A stretch of 64,000 nucleotides of DNA from Candidatus Obscuribacteraceae bacterium (GCA_044226015.1 JBGAHS010000001.1:160001-224000), one strand, 5' to 3'. Shown: positions 38,537-49,374, numbered from the stretch's first letter. The notes: a model not told the origin generated them from the sequence alone. A program made the numbers and translations.

Positions 38537-41041
38537 CTATTTCGTTTTAAGATCTGGTTTGTTCAGTTCGTAACTGTCGGTAATTTGTTTGAGTTCATCG
38601 AATCTCTTCTCATGTTCCAGAAATTCGGCACAAATTCTTATTGGATCTTTGGACAAAACGAACTTGCTAGAAGCGGCCTTGTATCTTTTCAGCAAATCGG
38701 TGAAGACGAAGTCTGCAACTGCCATTCTTTGTTTCTTGCACAATGCCGTTGCAAGTTCGGATTCCTCGGAAATAAACGAAGGCGTATTTGGGCATAGCTT
38801 CAGGTCTTGCTTATTCAAGAATGTTTTGAGTTCGGTTTCGAGTGCGCTTAGCTCGTTTTTCCTTCTAGCTCCCTTATACATAGAGACAACCGCAAGGCGC
38901 ATTTTTAAGTAAGAAAGCATCGCCGATGGCTTTTCAATGGATTTTAGCGCTGCTTGTTTTAACTCAACCAGAGCGGCTTCTGTTTCTTTAATTTTGCCCA
39001 TGCCTGACAAGTTTCCGCACTTATATTCAAGTAATTTGAAACGCTGGTCTGCATTTGCAATTCCTATAGATAGTGCTTCTTCTACAGAGTCCTCACTTTT
39101 CCTGTATTCGCCCATGGAGTAGTAAATGGCTACCAGATTTTTCAATGCATTAAAATATGGCTTTTGATCAGCCATGTCTCGAGCTTTTTCTTTTGTCAAC
39201 TTCAAAATCATTACAGCTGTATCTTTCTCTCCACCCATTTCAAAGTCATCGGCGGCTTCAATGCAGGCATACTGTTGCTCAGTTTTACTCAGGCTATGCT
39301 CAGTAAGAACCTGGCGAAAGCGATCTATGTATGATCTGTTCTTTCTGTTATAGAGTTGCGCTTCTAATCGAAATAGTCGTGGGAGTATAGACGATTCTTT
39401 AACTGTTCGAAATTCACTTGTTCTCAGTGCCAGCATTGATTTCAACAATTGTTGTTCTTCTTTATAACGCTGAGCAGTGTCTAGCGCGTTCATAAGGGAA
39501 AGTCCTGTTTCGTAGGTCTCATCGGCGCTCGGTCTCTGTTTAGTCTGAATCTTCCACAGTTTTGAAAGGGTTTCTATTTCTGCATTCGTGTCCTCAAGTC
39601 GATGTTGAATTTCGGCTATGATTTTTCCATACTTCAAGAATTTGCGCTCATCGTCATTGCTCAAGTTTCTATAAATGCTTTCGGCTTCTTTGAATTCCTG
39701 CGTGTTCTTATCAGAAGTTTTGTGCGCAATATCCTGTTGTATGATGCCGATATTGTATAAATAGAGTGCTCGAGCCTTCAAATCTTGCTCATTGCTAAGC
39801 AATTTTCTCAGCAATGCGAGTTTCTCTTTGTTTGGCTTGTCTTTTAGCCGTTCGTCTTTGATCTTATAGAAAAAAGTAGTCGCAGTCGGAGCTGATTTTC
39901 GTTTGATTTCCTCTGCATTTTGTCTCTGGGATTCATTGAAAAAAAATAGCGAGGCAATGATTCCAATTAGCGCGAGGCTGCTTGCTGCAATTGCCATCAG
40001 CTTAGAAGCTCTAGCTTTCTTGGTTTGCTCCGTGGGTTTAAGGTCCGCGAGACTCAAATTTTCGAGTTCTGCTTTTATTTCGTTCATGCTTGCAGGTCTG
40101 CTGGTAGGCTCTTTCTGCATGCAACGAAGTATCAATGATTCTAATTTCAGGGGCGCATAAGGTACTGATTCTTTGGATTCGTTAGCATGTTTTGCAATAA
40201 GCGCGAACTGGTTCTCAGCTTGAAATGGTAGTTCGCCGCTGATTGCGTGATACATCAAGCAGCCGAAGGAATAGATTTCGGATGAGGGTGCTAAGGGCTG
40301 GCTCTTGCATTGCTCAGGGCTTATGTAGGGTAAGCTGCCGATGATATTGCCTGTTTTCGTAAGCCCTTGTGACTCATCAGCCTGTCGCACCAGACCGAAG
40401 TCAATCAGTTTGCATGATCGACTCTCTTGGGGGGTTGTATCGCTTCCGTCTGCGCCACCTGCTGCAGCACCAGCTATCATGATATTGCCTGGTTTCAAAT
40501 CTCGATGCAGTATATTTCGTGCGTGCAGGTATGCCATTGCGTCTGCGACTTGAATGAAGAGTTGGCATGCCTGTTGTGCTTGAATGCGAGAGTGCTTTTG
40601 TATGAGTTCTTCTAGTGAGTTACCGTCAATCAGCTCCATTGCGATGTATGGAAGTCCGTCTTTGGTAAATCCCGAACCGTAAATCTTAGCTATATGCGGG
40701 TGATCGATCTGACTCAGCGTTTTCATCTCTAATTCGAATCGTTTCAAATGGGTTGCATCCACAAAGCGATCGCCGTGGAGAACTTTGAGTGCAACCAGAT
40801 TCTCAAGTAAAGTATGCCGTGCTTTGTATACTGTGGCAGTGGCTCCTGAAGCCAGTTTTTCTATTATCTCATAGCGTTGATCGGCGTCCTCCGGAAGCGC
40901 TGCTTGCTTGCTTTCGGGAGAGGTATTCTGAGTGCTCGCGAAGACTTCATTTTCGGTTGCGGAAGTCTTATCTTGGCTGCTTACGCTGGAAGCGCCTTCA
41001 ATTTCGCGAGAATTTTCTTTATTGCTCTCGTGTGTTTCCAA
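38537..41041 (-). CDS. Hanks-type Ser/Thr protein kinase with TM segment and helical/TPR-like C-terminus
   Basis: VALK, HRDLKPGN, DFG, YISPE; one TM segment. Confidence 0.92.
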   Translation of the reverse strand: METHESNKENSREIEGASSVSSQDKTSATENEVFASTQNTSPESKQAALPEDADQRYEIIEKLASGATATVYKARHTLLENLVALKVLHGDRFVDATHLKRFELEMKTLSQIDHPHIAKIYGSGFTKDGLPYIAMELIDGNSLEELIQKHSRIQAQQACQLFIQVADAMAYLHARNILHRDLKPGNIMIAGAAAGGADGSDTTPQESRSCKLIDFGLVRQADESQGLTKTGNIIGSLPYISPEQCKSQPLAPSSEIYSFGCLMYHAISGELPFQAENQFALIAKHANESKESVPYAPLKLESLILRCMQKEPTSRPASMNEIKAELENLSLADLKPTEQTKKARASKLMAIAASSLALIGIIASLFFFNESQRQNAEEIKRKSAPTATTFFYKIKDERLKDKPNKEKLALLRKLLSNEQDLKARALYLYNIGIIQQDIAHKTSDKNTQEFKEAESIYRNLSNDDERKFLKYGKIIAEIQHRLEDTNAEIETLSKLWKIQTKQRPSADETYETGLSLMNALDTAQRYKEEQQLLKSMLALRTSEFRTVKESSILPRLFRLEAQLYNRKNRSYIDRFRQVLTEHSLSKTEQQYACIEAADDFEMGGEKDTAVMILKLTKEKARDMADQKPYFNALKNLVAIYYSMGEYRKSEDSVEEALSIGIANADQRFKLLEYKCGNLSGMGKIKETEAALVELKQAALKSIEKPSAMLSYLKMRLAVVSMYKGARRKNELSALETELKTFLNKQDLKLCPNTPSFISEESELATALCKKQRMAVADFVFTDLLKRYKAASSKFVLSKDPIRICAEFLEHEKRFDELKQITDSYELNKPDLKTK

Positions 41042-41451
41042 CTCGACTCCGGCATTCGATTCATTAGATGGTATACCAGAAGCTAGCGGAACATAAACGG
41101 TGATTGTGGCGCAAGAGCTCTACAGCATGGTCGTTTTTTTTATTGCCATTATTTGTCTGAGGGTCCGTATTCGCAGATTTTGGGATTAGCCAGCCTCACC
41201 GATTAGGAAAGTTCGATTTAGCAGCGCTGAGCCTTTTGAGAAGCTGATATGCATCTTTCGTCGGCGAGCATTCGCGCGGAAAATGTGACACAGGCGAGTG
41301 GCGGAAAGGTATAGTCGATTGGAAAATGTGTGATTATGAGTGCGTTAGCAGCGTCTTTAGAGACGATTTGTCGGAAGCTGTAACTAGCCATGAGTACTAG
41401 GACCTGCTGCGATGATGCCCAAGATCTGCGATTATGATCACGAGCTGCGTT

Positions 41452-43017
41452 TTATGGATTGAACGCGATCAGGAATGTGGATAGAAAGTTAAACCCGACG
41501 TGCGTAATTATCGTCGTGGTGGTGTTTGTATAGCGGCGAATTATGCACATCAATGTTGACCAGCCAAAAACTTGTAGTATCAGCAGTGGTGCATGAGCAA
41601 ATTGTCCGTGCAGAACTCCGTGCATGAAAGCCGCCGGTAAAATTCCAAATACGGGCTGTAACGCGCCTCTTATAAGCGTCTCTTCGCCCAACCCTGCGCA
41701 GAGTCCCGTAGCTGAGGCAAGAATCAATGCTGGACCAGGAGATGTGCCACCAGTAAATGTTCCTTCGTTATAGTGTGAAAGTTTGTCTGCGTAATTTAAG
41801 CCTTCCTGAGAGTGCGTGTAGAACGACCAGAGCCAGTCGTATGCGAAGGTTACGAAGATGCCAACGACTCCAATTAGAACCTGTGTCCATGTGGGTTTTA
41901 CCAAGCCAAGTCGGCGGAGTACTTCCATTGGTTTTCTTGTAAGGAAAATACCAGTTCCGCAAACTGAGAGAAAAATGAGTCCTAAGAAGTTATAGGAAAA
42001 AAGTTGATCCATCGTTACTGGCATGGGAATTGAGATTGCCGGCATTCCGAAGCCAGCTATTTCAATGTGCGTGAGCAAGAATGCCATGCAAGTTATGTAG
42101 ATCCAAAGTCCGTTCATGTGCGGAATTGAGTCAGCCATGAAAATTCTTTCTGCAAAAAACGACTTTATGAAACTGACTTTTTCCATCTTTGGTGCAGTTT
42201 CTTCCAGTGTTGCATCCAGTGGTGTACTTGCAGATGCTTGTGCTGATCTTGATTCTGCTGCGCTGGGACCCTGTTCATCTCTTAGCTCAAAGTCAGCTTG
42301 CTCTGCTGTTGCTGCTTCTGCGTTGCGTTTTGCGGAGTCTGGGTCGGATGAGTCTGTCACAGCAGATTCTGTAGTAGCGGATTCTGTTGTGTTTGATTCT
42401 GTTGTGGTGGATTCTGCAGCAGTTGTTGAGTCGGAGGGAGTTGAAGCTTCGCTGTTCGCTGCTGTGTCTGCCTCTGATTTGTCTGTTTCTGAACTTGCTT
42501 CAGCGGCTGCTTTCGCCGGCGAGGAGTCTTGTGTGGATTCTGCTGTCTTGCCAGAGCTAGCCGAATCTTCAGCTGACCCGGTCGTTGCAGCCCCGGTGGA
42601 AGTGGAAGCCGGTGACGACGCTGGAGCCATAGCCGGGGTTCTGGAAAGCCCGGCCAGGCTGGTGACTGGGTAGAGTTGCTTTTTTACAGGAACTGGTTGA
42701 ATCAATTTGCCGCAGGCAGCCACAAGAAATCGACCTGCCATCAGTTGATTGAAGAAAGTGAGTAGATAGGAAAGGAATTCCCTACCAGGACGGAAGAGCA
42801 GTAAGCCGGTCAACGAGACGGTGAGGAGCAGGATGCTGTAGTTGAATGGATTCTCTAAATAACTGTTCGGATCTGCGAGAAGAGTGATTCCTTCGCCGAT
42901 CAAGAACAGTACATATGTGACTCGGAGCACCCACTCCATCCAGGTTTGCCTGGATGCGCCGTGTGCCATCATCCCTAGAATGCAGCAAGCGATTATGGCT
43001 ATAAGGTCGTCAGACAC
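41452..43017 (-). CDS. CPBP (Abi/CAAX) family intramembrane glutamic protease
   Basis: GEETLIRG, HGVLH, THVGFN motifs; long S/T/A/E-rich insertion. Confidence 0.85.
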   Translation of the reverse strand: MSDDLIAIIACCILGMMAHGASRQTWMEWVLRVTYVLFLIGEGITLLADPNSYLENPFNYSILLLTVSLTGLLLFRPGREFLSYLLTFFNQLMAGRFLVAACGKLIQPVPVKKQLYPVTSLAGLSRTPAMAPASSPASTSTGAATTGSAEDSASSGKTAESTQDSSPAKAAAEASSETDKSEADTAANSEASTPSDSTTAAESTTTESNTTESATTESAVTDSSDPDSAKRNAEAATAEQADFELRDEQGPSAAESRSAQASASTPLDATLEETAPKMEKVSFIKSFFAERIFMADSIPHMNGLWIYITCMAFLLTHIEIAGFGMPAISIPMPVTMDQLFSYNFLGLIFLSVCGTGIFLTRKPMEVLRRLGLVKPTWTQVLIGVVGIFVTFAYDWLWSFYTHSQEGLNYADKLSHYNEGTFTGGTSPGPALILASATGLCAGLGEETLIRGALQPVFGILPAAFMHGVLHGQFAHAPLLILQVFGWSTLMCIIRRYTNTTTTIITHVGFNFLSTFLIAFNP

Positions 43018-43201
43018 CGGAAAATCCTTTGGTTCAGGTAAGAATTAACATTAATCAGACAATATTAATCTGACTTCGTTGTGTTATTATAATTGTCAAG
43101 AACTAACTGGGTACATGGTATTTATCATAGAACTTTAGCTGGTATTAAGCCAACCTGGTTACTAGAAGTCACGAAGAAATCAAATGGAGGTTTACACTAA
43201 T

Positions 43202-43423
43202 ATGCGTCTGAAAAGCCTGCTGAGTGCAGCAGTCATCGCAGGAGCCTTCGGCGTCACGGTAACAGCCGCGCTCGCTCAGCCGCTCCTTGTGGGTCCGACA
43301 AGTGCCCCGATGTTGCCGAAAGCATTTGCCATTCCAATATCTGGAGCACAAGTTCAAACAAAAGTTCTGGCTACATACCGCCAAGTCAGGTCATTCTGGC
43401 TATCGAGAGCAATCGTTAGGTAG
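43202..43423 (+). CDS. Small exported hypothetical protein
   Basis: GGAGG RBS, signal peptide (..AALA), followed by a terminator. Confidence 0.65.
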   Translation: MRLKSLLSAAVIAGAFGVTVTAALAQPLLVGPTSAPMLPKAFAIPISGAQVQTKVLATYRQVRSFWLSRAIVR

Positions 43424-43457
43424 TAGCAGTCTACAATTTTTGCTTCGGACTTCTACT

Positions 43458-43493
43458 GGAGGGGTCAGCTCAGGCTGATCCCTCCTCCTTTTT
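43458..43493 (+). terminator. Intrinsic terminator
   Basis: GGAGGGGTCAGC-tcag-GCTGATCCCTCC followed by a T-tract. Confidence 0.75.
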
Positions 43494-43522
43494 GGACCTT
43501 GAGTCCAGCGCTTTCAGGTTTA

Positions 43523-43611
43523 GATCCTGTCGGGATTCGGATCCTCTAAGGCACTGGGATTTTGTCTGGACTTGGGCTCCTGTCGGGCATTGGGATCCGC
43601 TCGGGCATTGG
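43523..43611. repeat. About five degenerate 17-18-bp tandem units (GATCCTGTCGGGCATTGG-like)
   Basis: gatcctgtcgggattcg / gatcctctaaggcactgg / gattttgtctggacttgg / gctcctgtcgggcattgg / gatccgctcgggcattgg. Confidence 0.55.
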
Positions 43612-43686
43612 CCGTCTAAAAAGAGAAGCTGAGCATGTACAGGCTGGCTTTGCTTCCAGTCCGGCGGCTAATCGCGCCGACAGCTA

Positions 43687-43968
43687 CTACTTCGAAATGC
43701 GAACGATGATTTCGTCAGAACCCGCTAGATTGAGTCTTTCACGAGCCAATCTTTCGATGCCAGAGTTTGAACGGTAGCTGCTGAGCCCTTCGCGCAGCTC
43801 TTTGTTCACTTCTTGAGCCTGCGTATGACCCGACTTCAGTGCCAGGGTTTGCTTGTGCAGATAGAACTGGTGATGGACGCTGCTGTATATCGACTTGCAG
43901 GCGTGGAAGATAGCCAGGCAAGTCACCAGCATTATTGCGCATTCACGAATTACTTTCTTCTTGTTCAT
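43687..43968 (-). CDS. Septum formation initiator (FtsB/DivIC-like) protein
   Basis: TM segment, coiled coil, IERLARERLNL..DE motif. Confidence 0.75.
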   Translation of the reverse strand: MNKKKVIRECAIMLVTCLAIFHACKSIYSSVHHQFYLHKQTLALKSGHTQAQEVNKELREGLSSYRSNSGIERLARERLNLAGSDEIIVRISK

Positions 43969-44031
43969 ACTCGAATAGCATACTAGCTGTTGCTAAGCGT
44001 TCTGTCTATGTTTTTCGTTTAAGCGCTCGCC

Positions 44032-45477
44032 TTAGTGGACAGCAAGCATCCTGGCGCCAATGTTCTGTAGAAGATCATCAATGGTTTTATCGAATTCCGA
44101 TTTCAGTGCATCAACTCGTTCTGAAGTAGGCGCTTCGAAGTAGAATCGAGTCAATGGTTCTGTGCCACTGGGTCTTACTAGAATCCAGCTGCCATCATCA
44201 AGATAATATTTGAAGCCGTCGAGTCGACCAATCTTCTCCACTCGGCTGCCAGCGATTTTCGCAAATGGTTCGGCATTCAATTTCTCTACGAAGTTCTTTT
44301 GCCCTTCGGTTGTTAGGCGCAAGTCGCGCCGTCTGTATGCGAATTCCGCGCCGGTTTGTGCCACCAATTCGTCCCAGATTTGCGACAGCGATTTCTTTTC
44401 GTATGCGAGCATTTCTGTGAGAAGCAGGTTGCATAAGATTCCATCTTTTTCTGGAATGTGTCCTTTCACTGAGCAGCCGCCGGATTCTTCGCCGCCGATC
44501 AATATATCTTTCTCTTGCATCAATGCGCTTATGTACTTGAATCCTACTGGTGTTTCAAATATTTCCAGGTCATATGACTTGGCTAAGCGATCCATAAAAT
44601 GAGTTGTTGCAACTGTTTTGACGATAGCACCCGATGCAGCACGATTTTTCAGCATGTGCATCGTGAGAAGGGCTAACAATTGGTTAGGAGATACGTATAC
44701 TCCCTTATCGTCGATAACGGCGAACCGGTCAGCATCTCCATCGGTAGCTAAGCCAACGTGCAATTTTTCGTCAACGACCAGTTTGCTCAGGTCCTTCAAA
44801 TACTGTGCTTTTGGTTCGGGCATGCCGCCGCCAAAGAGCGGGTCGCGCCAGTTGTGTAGGACTTTTGTTTCTACTCCGTGCTTTTGCAAAAGCATATCGA
44901 GGTAATCTCTGCTTGTGCTGTACAAGCATTCAACGCCTACTCTGATGCCAGATTTCGCTATTCTTTCGAAATCTATCATCTCTTCTATTGCCGCTACATA
45001 TGGTGCCTTTGGGCAAAATGTTGGAACGTCGATAGAATGTACGTCTATTTCATAAGGCATGTCGGAGAGGTGCGAGACGATGCGTTCGGTAATGTCATTA
45101 GTGGCTGGTCCAGCGTGTTCCGTGATGTACTTAATGCCGCAATATTCAGGTGGGTTGTGGCTGGCAGTTAATTGAATCGCGCCAACTGTTTTTTCCATGA
45201 TGGTGGCATATGCGATTACTGGGGTTGGCACGTCTCTGTCGGCAACCTTCGCTGGTATTCCCATAGAGATGAATACTTGAGCTGCTCGTTTTGCAAAAGC
45301 ATCTGCCTGAAATCTGGTGTCATAACCGACAAGAATTGGAGAGCGAGTGCCGTTCTTGTGGTAGTTCTCGATGATATATTGCCCGATAGCGTAAGCAACC
45401 TTTTCAACGTTGGCGAATGTGAAGTCTTCCGCAATTACGGCTCTCCAGCCATCCGTACCGAATGTGATTTGCGACAT
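44032..45477 (-). CDS. Phosphoglucomutase/phosphomannomutase family protein
   Basis: FGTDGWR, TASHNP, DGDADR, GGEESG, RPSGTEP. Confidence 0.95.
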   Translation of the reverse strand: MSQITFGTDGWRAVIAEDFTFANVEKVAYAIGQYIIENYHKNGTRSPILVGYDTRFQADAFAKRAAQVFISMGIPAKVADRDVPTPVIAYATIMEKTVGAIQLTASHNPPEYCGIKYITEHAGPATNDITERIVSHLSDMPYEIDVHSIDVPTFCPKAPYVAAIEEMIDFERIAKSGIRVGVECLYSTSRDYLDMLLQKHGVETKVLHNWRDPLFGGGMPEPKAQYLKDLSKLVVDEKLHVGLATDGDADRFAVIDDKGVYVSPNQLLALLTMHMLKNRAASGAIVKTVATTHFMDRLAKSYDLEIFETPVGFKYISALMQEKDILIGGEESGGCSVKGHIPEKDGILCNLLLTEMLAYEKKSLSQIWDELVAQTGAEFAYRRRDLRLTTEGQKNFVEKLNAEPFAKIAGSRVEKIGRLDGFKYYLDDGSWILVRPSGTEPLTRFYFEAPTSERVDALKSEFDKTIDDLLQNIGARMLAVH

Positions 45478-45545
45478 TTTAGGGCAATTCCTCCGTTGAG
45501 TTTCATCAATCCGCCAACCATGGCAGTAATAATAACCGTTTCGCT

Positions 45546-46661
45546 TTATACCTTGCAAATTTGTGTCTTATTAAGATTACTTTCTTGAACAGCAGAAGCC
45601 GCTTCTGCTGCAATCGGCGGCAGGGCTATCTTGTTTTTTTTCTGATTACAACCGCAAAGGTTGCGCAGCGAGTTCCATGCAGTTTCAGCCTGTCGCTCTA
45701 TGCCCCAGCTCTTGTGTATTGGTATTGTGCAGGGTGCCTTCGCTACGGTGGGCTGAAGATCTCTCAATTCTTGTTCGGAGTTGAACTGAATCAAGCTGCC
45801 ATCTCTGCCATAAAAGCGATATGTGATGTTTCGCCAGTCGCCTCTCCTGGAGTTGTCTGACGTGTATGTGGTTGCCATCCTGAAGCCGTCGTGAGTAAAG
45901 GCTGCTGTGATATACCTGCTGCCTTCGGCATCGAAGAGTCGGCGTCTTTCCAGATGTATCTGCTCAACTAAATCGAGACAAAAGAACTGATTATCCTTTG
46001 TGTAGAGGTAGAAACGTCCCCACGGATCAACTGACATGCTGTCGCCAATCGCGCGGACGCGTCCTTGTGTGTCGCGCACAGTTACCGAGTTTCCAGTCTT
46101 GCTGGCTACGCTGTGTAGCTCACCGCTGGCTGTGATACGAAGATATTCACAAAGCTCGTTATTCTTATCGTAATGAAGAACTATGCATTCGCCAGAGCGG
46201 GCGTAAACTGCCTTCACTCGACCGAGTGCATCTTTGCTGATGATGCTTCCGTTATCGAAAGTTTCTTCTCTTGTTCCATTGTCCAGCTTTGCGATTTGCA
46301 CGACTTTTGCGCTTCGCATTGGCAGTTCGAAATCCAATTTGTGGACAATTTCATTCGTCTGAATTTCTTCGTCTGGTAGAGAGGGCTCTGGCTCGATCGG
46401 CGAGAAATCAATTAGCTCTGATTCATCAAGCAACTCGTCTGCAAGTTCCGCAAGAAAGTTGGCTTCGTTCTCATCTTCAGGTGAAAAATCGATAATTCCA
46501 GCCAGAAGTTTGCTTCGATTTTGTTCATTTTTGCAAACCGAAATGGCTAAATCGCGCGAGCATATCCTGGAGATAAACTCGTGCCTTGTGTGTTTGGGAC
46601 TCGTATTGAGCACCATCTCGCCCGCCCAGGAAACTTTGCCTAACCCAGCCAAACGTGGCAA
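45546..46661 (-). CDS. Hypothetical protein
   Basis: 371-aa ORF; acidic N-terminal part and short D..GR beta-hairpin-like repeats; start uncertain. Confidence 0.65.
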   Translation of the reverse strand: MPRLAGLGKVSWAGEMVLNTSPKHTRHEFISRICSRDLAISVCKNEQNRSKLLAGIIDFSPEDENEANFLAELADELLDESELIDFSPIEPEPSLPDEEIQTNEIVHKLDFELPMRSAKVVQIAKLDNGTREETFDNGSIISKDALGRVKAVYARSGECIVLHYDKNNELCEYLRITASGELHSVASKTGNSVTVRDTQGRVRAIGDSMSVDPWGRFYLYTKDNQFFCLDLVEQIHLERRRLFDAEGSRYITAAFTHDGFRMATTYTSDNSRRGDWRNITYRFYGRDGSLIQFNSEQELRDLQPTVAKAPCTIPIHKSWGIERQAETAWNSLRNLCGCNQKKNKIALPPIAAEAASAVQESNLNKTQICKV

Positions 46662-46702
46662 AGCCCCAGTAGATATTACTGCAAGTCGCCTCAGGCTACT
46701 AT

Positions 46703-48475
46703 TTAAGTTTCCATAGGGTTTTTGACTTCGGTCTCGAGCCAGCCTCTGACTTGAAGAGACTCCGCCATTCTCAGACCAGAGGTTCTTTCGTCATACATGG
46801 CGACCTGGAATTGCGCCATGGTTATTTTGTTTCTTGCAAGCAAATCTTGTGCAAGGCGCAGTGAAGCTAATTCATTTCGCGTTGCGTAACCTGCATTAAT
46901 GCAGAGTTGCTCTGGCGAGATGTTCGGTGCCAGTTGCATCTGTGCTTTTAGAGCTTGCACTTCTAGTTTTGAGATCAGGTGTGCCGACTCCATCAAGCGA
47001 ATGACGCCGGGCAATTCTATGACCGCCTCTGGCTTTCTGAGTTGTGCCTCGTCAAAGACGAAGGCATGTTTTTTCTCTGTACCTTGGGTGCGGCGATGCT
47101 CTGGCTTGTGGTCGGGACGCGCGGTCTCTGGTTTAGGCGAAGCGAGGTCAGCTGGCACGCTTGGTGGCTTGTTGGCTGCAGCCTCGGCCCAGTCAGCGAT
47201 GTTGGAAGGCAATGGTGGAGGTGGTGGCACTACTGTTTGCGCCGGCAACTGAGGCGCTGGTGGCACATTGACCTGATTTGGTAATGGTGGCACAGGTGGT
47301 ACCACTGTTCCGCTTGTGCTTGCCGCATTTTGCTTAGGCAATGGTGGCGGTGGTGGTACTACTGTTTGCCCTGGCAATGGCGGAGGTGGTGGCACCTGCA
47401 CCTGGTTAGGCAGCGGCGGGGGAGGAGGAACCTGTACTTGATTTGGAAGTGTCGGAGGTGGTGGCACCTGCACCTGGTTAGGCAGAGGAGGCGGAGGCGG
47501 TACCTGCACCTGGCTGGGGCGTTCAGTTTCAAGTGTCTCTTGTGCAGAAGTTCCTTGTGCCACTGGCTGTGGTGGCGCTTCTGGCGCTACAAAAGCGCTC
47601 GGCTCCGAGTTAGCGTTTGGCACTTCAAAGTTTGGTGTTTGTTGCTGCGCCAGTGCTGCCTGAGCTGCTGGGTCTTGATACTCATACTCTGGTGCCGGTA
47701 CTTGTGCCGATGGGTCGTACTCATAAGTCGGAACTTGAACGGCGGGTAGCTCTTGAGTGTCGGCAGGATCGTGGTAACGTGGAGTTGCAGCAGCTTGTCC
47801 CTGTCCATCAGAACCCGTCTGTGCATTCGCCTGTGCTTGTTCTGCTTCGTTCGCTTGAGCTTCGTATTGTGCCTGAGCTGCGGCGTATTGTGCCTGGGCT
47901 GCTGCAGGGTCGAACTCGTATTCCTGTGTTTCTTGAGTCTCTTCGGAAGCTGAAGCTGCGGTTTCGTATTCTTGCGTTTCTTGCGAGGCTTGAGCAGCAG
48001 GCTCTGGCGCAGCAGGTTGACCCTGTTCCTCGCCTTGTTCAACATATTCTTCTTCGTAATCTTCTTCGTCTTGGCTTTCGTACAGCCATCGACGGGCAAC
48101 AACTAAGTCGTGGCTCAGTCGCAAGCGCGGCTTTCGCAAAACGAACCCTGCATTGAGCATTGAGTTGTAGTATTGCCTGTGATCTTTGGCGTTGTAGTCA
48201 CGCAGAAACTGCCTAACGGCTCGCAGATACGCGACCACGATGCCATTGAGTCCCGCACCCGGTCTTACAGCTATTAGTTCGTAGTAGTTTGCTTTGTTGC
48301 TGCCATCGCCTTCTTCCGGTGGCGGCAAAAGGTCCGGAAAAAGGTGTGACAGTTCGCGGATTGATGTAAATGCACCAACCTTATCTTTCCTGACCCAACT
48401 TTGCCTGAGCGCAGCGCAGAGAACCTGGCATTCCAGCTCTACTCTGTTGACCGCACCCGCTCCCTTACCCTGCAT
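46703..48475 (-). CDS. Hypothetical protein: degenerate J-domain-like N-terminus, Pro-rich linker, helical C-terminal domain
   Basis: NYYELI..AY with no HPD; PNQVQVPPPPPL repeats; C-terminal L..AG..T-type repeats. Confidence 0.75.
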   Translation of the reverse strand: MQGKGAGAVNRVELECQVLCAALRQSWVRKDKVGAFTSIRELSHLFPDLLPPPEEGDGSNKANYYELIAVRPGAGLNGIVVAYLRAVRQFLRDYNAKDHRQYYNSMLNAGFVLRKPRLRLSHDLVVARRWLYESQDEEDYEEEYVEQGEEQGQPAAPEPAAQASQETQEYETAASASEETQETQEYEFDPAAAQAQYAAAQAQYEAQANEAEQAQANAQTGSDGQGQAAATPRYHDPADTQELPAVQVPTYEYDPSAQVPAPEYEYQDPAAQAALAQQQTPNFEVPNANSEPSAFVAPEAPPQPVAQGTSAQETLETERPSQVQVPPPPPLPNQVQVPPPPTLPNQVQVPPPPPLPNQVQVPPPPPLPGQTVVPPPPPLPKQNAASTSGTVVPPVPPLPNQVNVPPAPQLPAQTVVPPPPPLPSNIADWAEAAANKPPSVPADLASPKPETARPDHKPEHRRTQGTEKKHAFVFDEAQLRKPEAVIELPGVIRLMESAHLISKLEVQALKAQMQLAPNISPEQLCINAGYATRNELASLRLAQDLLARNKITMAQFQVAMYDERTSGLRMAESLQVRGWLETEVKNPMET

Positions 48476-48529
48476 CTACGAACCTCTTCCCCTAAAAATT
48501 TCATGCCTCAGACCGACCCAAACATAACT

Positions 48530-48931
48530 TCAGGAAGGCTTGTGCAATTTAAAAATCATCTCGGTCTCGCCAATTTGAATAATGTCACCCGAGTGCAGCA
48601 ATTCACGCTTGTCTACCAGCTCACCGTTTAAGCGCGTTCCGTTGGTGGAACCCAGGTCTTCAAGGAAGAAATCGTCACCCTCGTAGGTGACCCAGGCGTG
48701 GTAGCGTGAAGCGTGCCTGTCATCGTTGAGAACTATTTGGTTAGATGGGTCTCGTCCGATGCGAACCCACCTGACTTCAACTGGAAAAACTTGAGAACCA
48801 AGGGATATTTCGGCAAGTACTTTTTCGAGCTTGTCATCTGAGTCAGGCTTTTTAAAGCACGACATACAGTAACCGACCTCATCTGAGATAGGCTCACCAC
48901 AGCAAGAGCAGTTTTCTGCTGCTTCTTTCAT
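48530..48931 (-). CDS. Zinc-ribbon + FHA domain protein
   Basis: CSCC..CMSC; IGR, SRYHA, DLGSTNGT FHA motifs. Confidence 0.9.
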   Translation of the reverse strand: MKEAAENCSCCGEPISDEVGYCMSCFKKPDSDDKLEKVLAEISLGSQVFPVEVRWVRIGRDPSNQIVLNDDRHASRYHAWVTYEGDDFFLEDLGSTNGTRLNGELVDKRELLHSGDIIQIGETEMIFKLHKPS

Positions 48932-49374
48932 AGTGAAGGGCTTCCTTTTCCTGACAATTCAAGCTATCAAAGAAAATTATAGAGTGCTCTTCATGTACCT
49001 ACAAGACGGGTGAAATGCAATGCAGTTCTGAGTTTGGAAATCTCAGGTCAAATTAGTCAAATTTGCTGCTTCGCAAATCGTCATTTTGGATAAAAGGGGA
49101 GGCTTTCGGAGAAGGCAAGAGCCATTTGCTGCTGTTGGGGGGATCTATTAGGCTCGACGTCGTTACTCTTGCTCGGATAGCGTGGCGCCAAACTGGGCGT
49201 TGAAATTTGCTGAGGATAGGATATGACCTCCTAACAACCGTGTGCAGTGCTGTACAGGGCTGTATCCCGAGTGCAACTACCGGCGGACTGCAACGAGAAG
49301 CAAAGTAAAGTATCGGAACTCCGTCCGCTGATTTGGGCTTCATGATGTTGTGCATCAGTTGTTGGGCTTGTCGG

